Shown: one piece after another, positions 62,365-64,000 of the stretch
Layout: every line of letters begins with the position of its first letter
How positions within the stretch are numbered: the first letter of the stretch is position 1
Assembly: GCF_001194135.2 (NCBI RefSeq)
Contig: NC_068995.1
Location: 23,584,613-23,648,612, forward strand
DNA from: Octopus bimaculoides
Taxonomy: Eukaryota
Direction of reading: 5' to 3'
Length of the DNA stretch: 64,000 nt
Notes under the pieces: generated by a model
The model's input: only the letters and a program-made list of their open reading frames with translations
Databases searched by the model: none
What the model was told of the DNA's origin: nothing
Translations under genes and position numbers: made by a program

Positions 62365-62539
62365 GTCGAATTTATTTATACGGAGATGGCTCTGAGTTTC
62401 TTCCATTAACAATTTTAGTCTTCCGCTTCCATACAAACACACACACACACATACCCACACATGCATACACATATCGACACATACGCATATGAACACATGG
62501 AGAATTATACACACACACAAATATATATACATACATGCA

Positions 62540-63413
62540 TGCATTCATATTACCTCCCATTCTGGAAGGTATGCGCTCGGAATCCAAGATCAGGAAATAT
62601 CAACGAAATACCTGATGAACAAAAGGGAAAGAAATGCAGGAAAGGCAGTGAAATGTGACAACCGACGCAGACTTTGTCAGTTAACACAGAGAATATCATC
62701 CACATCATAAGCAGTTGGATGAAAATATCATCACGGTATTATCAAGCAATATGACATGATTTTGTCGCTAGGATACTCTATAATGAAATCCTTTGGAAAG
62801 GTAAGCCCTTGGGTAAAGAAATATGAACCCGCAGTATGGTAGAAGCCATAGCCACTCATAATTAAATTTAAACACAACAGACCTGATGTAATGATTTGGG
62901 ATAAAGAAGAGAAAGAGTGTACAGTTGTGGAAATTAGCTGCCCAGCGGATGTTAACATAAAGCTGAAGATCAGTGAAAAAGAGAATACCTACCCTGAACT
63001 ATTTATTGAGTAATCTGCAGTTACTACATCCAGATTATAAGTTCAGATTTTTCCCTATAACTATTGGGACTCTGGGATATGTAACACTCTGACTAAATAC
63101 CAAACTTGAGAAATTAGGCTTCTCAAAACCAGAAAAGAGAAAGCTAATTCGAAGACTACAGATCCAATCCATCACTGGAACTGTAAAAATCTATAAAACT
63201 TACCAGATGTCTTTCATTTGAATATATATATGAGCAAGTCTAGATATGTGAATACATACATAAAACAAAACATACAAATCTGCACTTATACTTACATTCA
63301 TACATACAAAAATACTTTGTTGCCGATGTTGAGATTCCAAAGAAGTCTTGTATCTAGCTTAGAAACTGGCTCTTTGTCTATCGGCATGAGATCTTGAAAT
63401 AAACTGAATAATG
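62540..63413 (+). mobile_element. R4/Dong-like RLE non-LTR retrotransposon, 5'-truncated with 3' UTR
   Basis: TSHSGRYALGIQDQEISTKYL..CDNRRRLCQ..ENIIHIISS (decayed CCHC), KHNRPDVMIWDKEEKECTVVEISCPADVN..EKENTY..IGTLGYV (REL domain), then a UTR ending at (TACA)n. Confidence 0.85.
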
Positions 63414-63488
63414 ACATACATACGTACATACATACATGCATACATACATACATACATACATACATACATACATACATACATACATACA
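63414..63488. repeat. (TACA)n microsatellite
   Basis: Directly visible, abutting the LINE 3' end. Confidence 0.95.
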
Positions 63489-64000
63489 CATTTGCGTACT
63501 TATATATCTATATAATTTCTAGTTTGTATATTGAGTACTTTTACTCCCATTTGTAATGTGGAACGCATATATTTATGCATTTAATATTATTACAACTATC
63601 ATATATGCGACAAACATCATCTGACATCTACGTCGTATATTGCGATAGTGAACTGCTATTCAGAATTTTCTTTAGAAAGATATTTTGCACAATGGATGTC
63701 AAATATGGCTTAAGGAATACGCAATTCGTTATGCGTGGTCTGTGGAACGTGTTTGGTTTAATCAGGTGTAACGGAACAGTTTTTCCAATATTTTGATATT
63801 CTCTCTTTTTGTATATTAATATCAGTGTATCGATCAGATGTTCCTTGTTAATCCTTCAAGCTATATTTCTTTCTAGATAAAAGATTGCTTACTTCGTCCT
63901 CAGTAACTGTCTTTGTTTTTTTTCTTTCTTTCTTTTTTTTTTTTGTCAATGAGTATCTTTCTTGAAAAGGAATGACTATAACTGCAACGGTAAAACTTTT

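Noticed and set aside
2394-62587. Long ORF-track entries rich in YI/HT/VC/X
   Set aside because: They are translations of TA/CA/TG microsatellites and N runs, not genes.
62608-62640. CTGATGA inside the R4/Dong fragment (similarly 59317 and 49752)
   Set aside because: No paired stem II or matching stems; at 62.6 kb it is LINE coding sequence (YLMNK).

Overview
AT-rich, microsatellite-dense animal genomic DNA with many assembly gaps, most of them at (TA)n runs. The SINE families and overall composition point to an octopus or other coleoid cephalopod (inference). There is no long intact ORF, and nearly all ORF-track entries come from microsatellites, N runs or transposon debris. The recognisable content is (i) decayed LINE fragments (Tx1/L1, HERO, R4/Dong-like, RTE), two lineages of Penelope-like elements (PLEs), Gypsy and BEL remnants, mariner, maT/DD37D and Tigger derivatives, and a hAT MITE with a perfect TSD; (ii) at least four tRNA-derived SINE families; and (iii) a few small candidate plus-strand exons (25.4-42.3 kb) of a gene I cannot name. 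The most notable pattern is about 10 complete minimal type I hammerhead-ribozyme motifs plus two partial ones, from 7 unrelated repeat families. All have a palindromic stem III, several have recurring non-canonical cores (CUGUUGA, CCGAUGA), and one family shows a compensatory stem I change. One PLE (35.4-37.0 kb) has inverted terminal repeats that are each a tRNA-headed, hammerhead-containing SINE-like unit. All structure assignments were made by eye; none has been run through folding or database searches.
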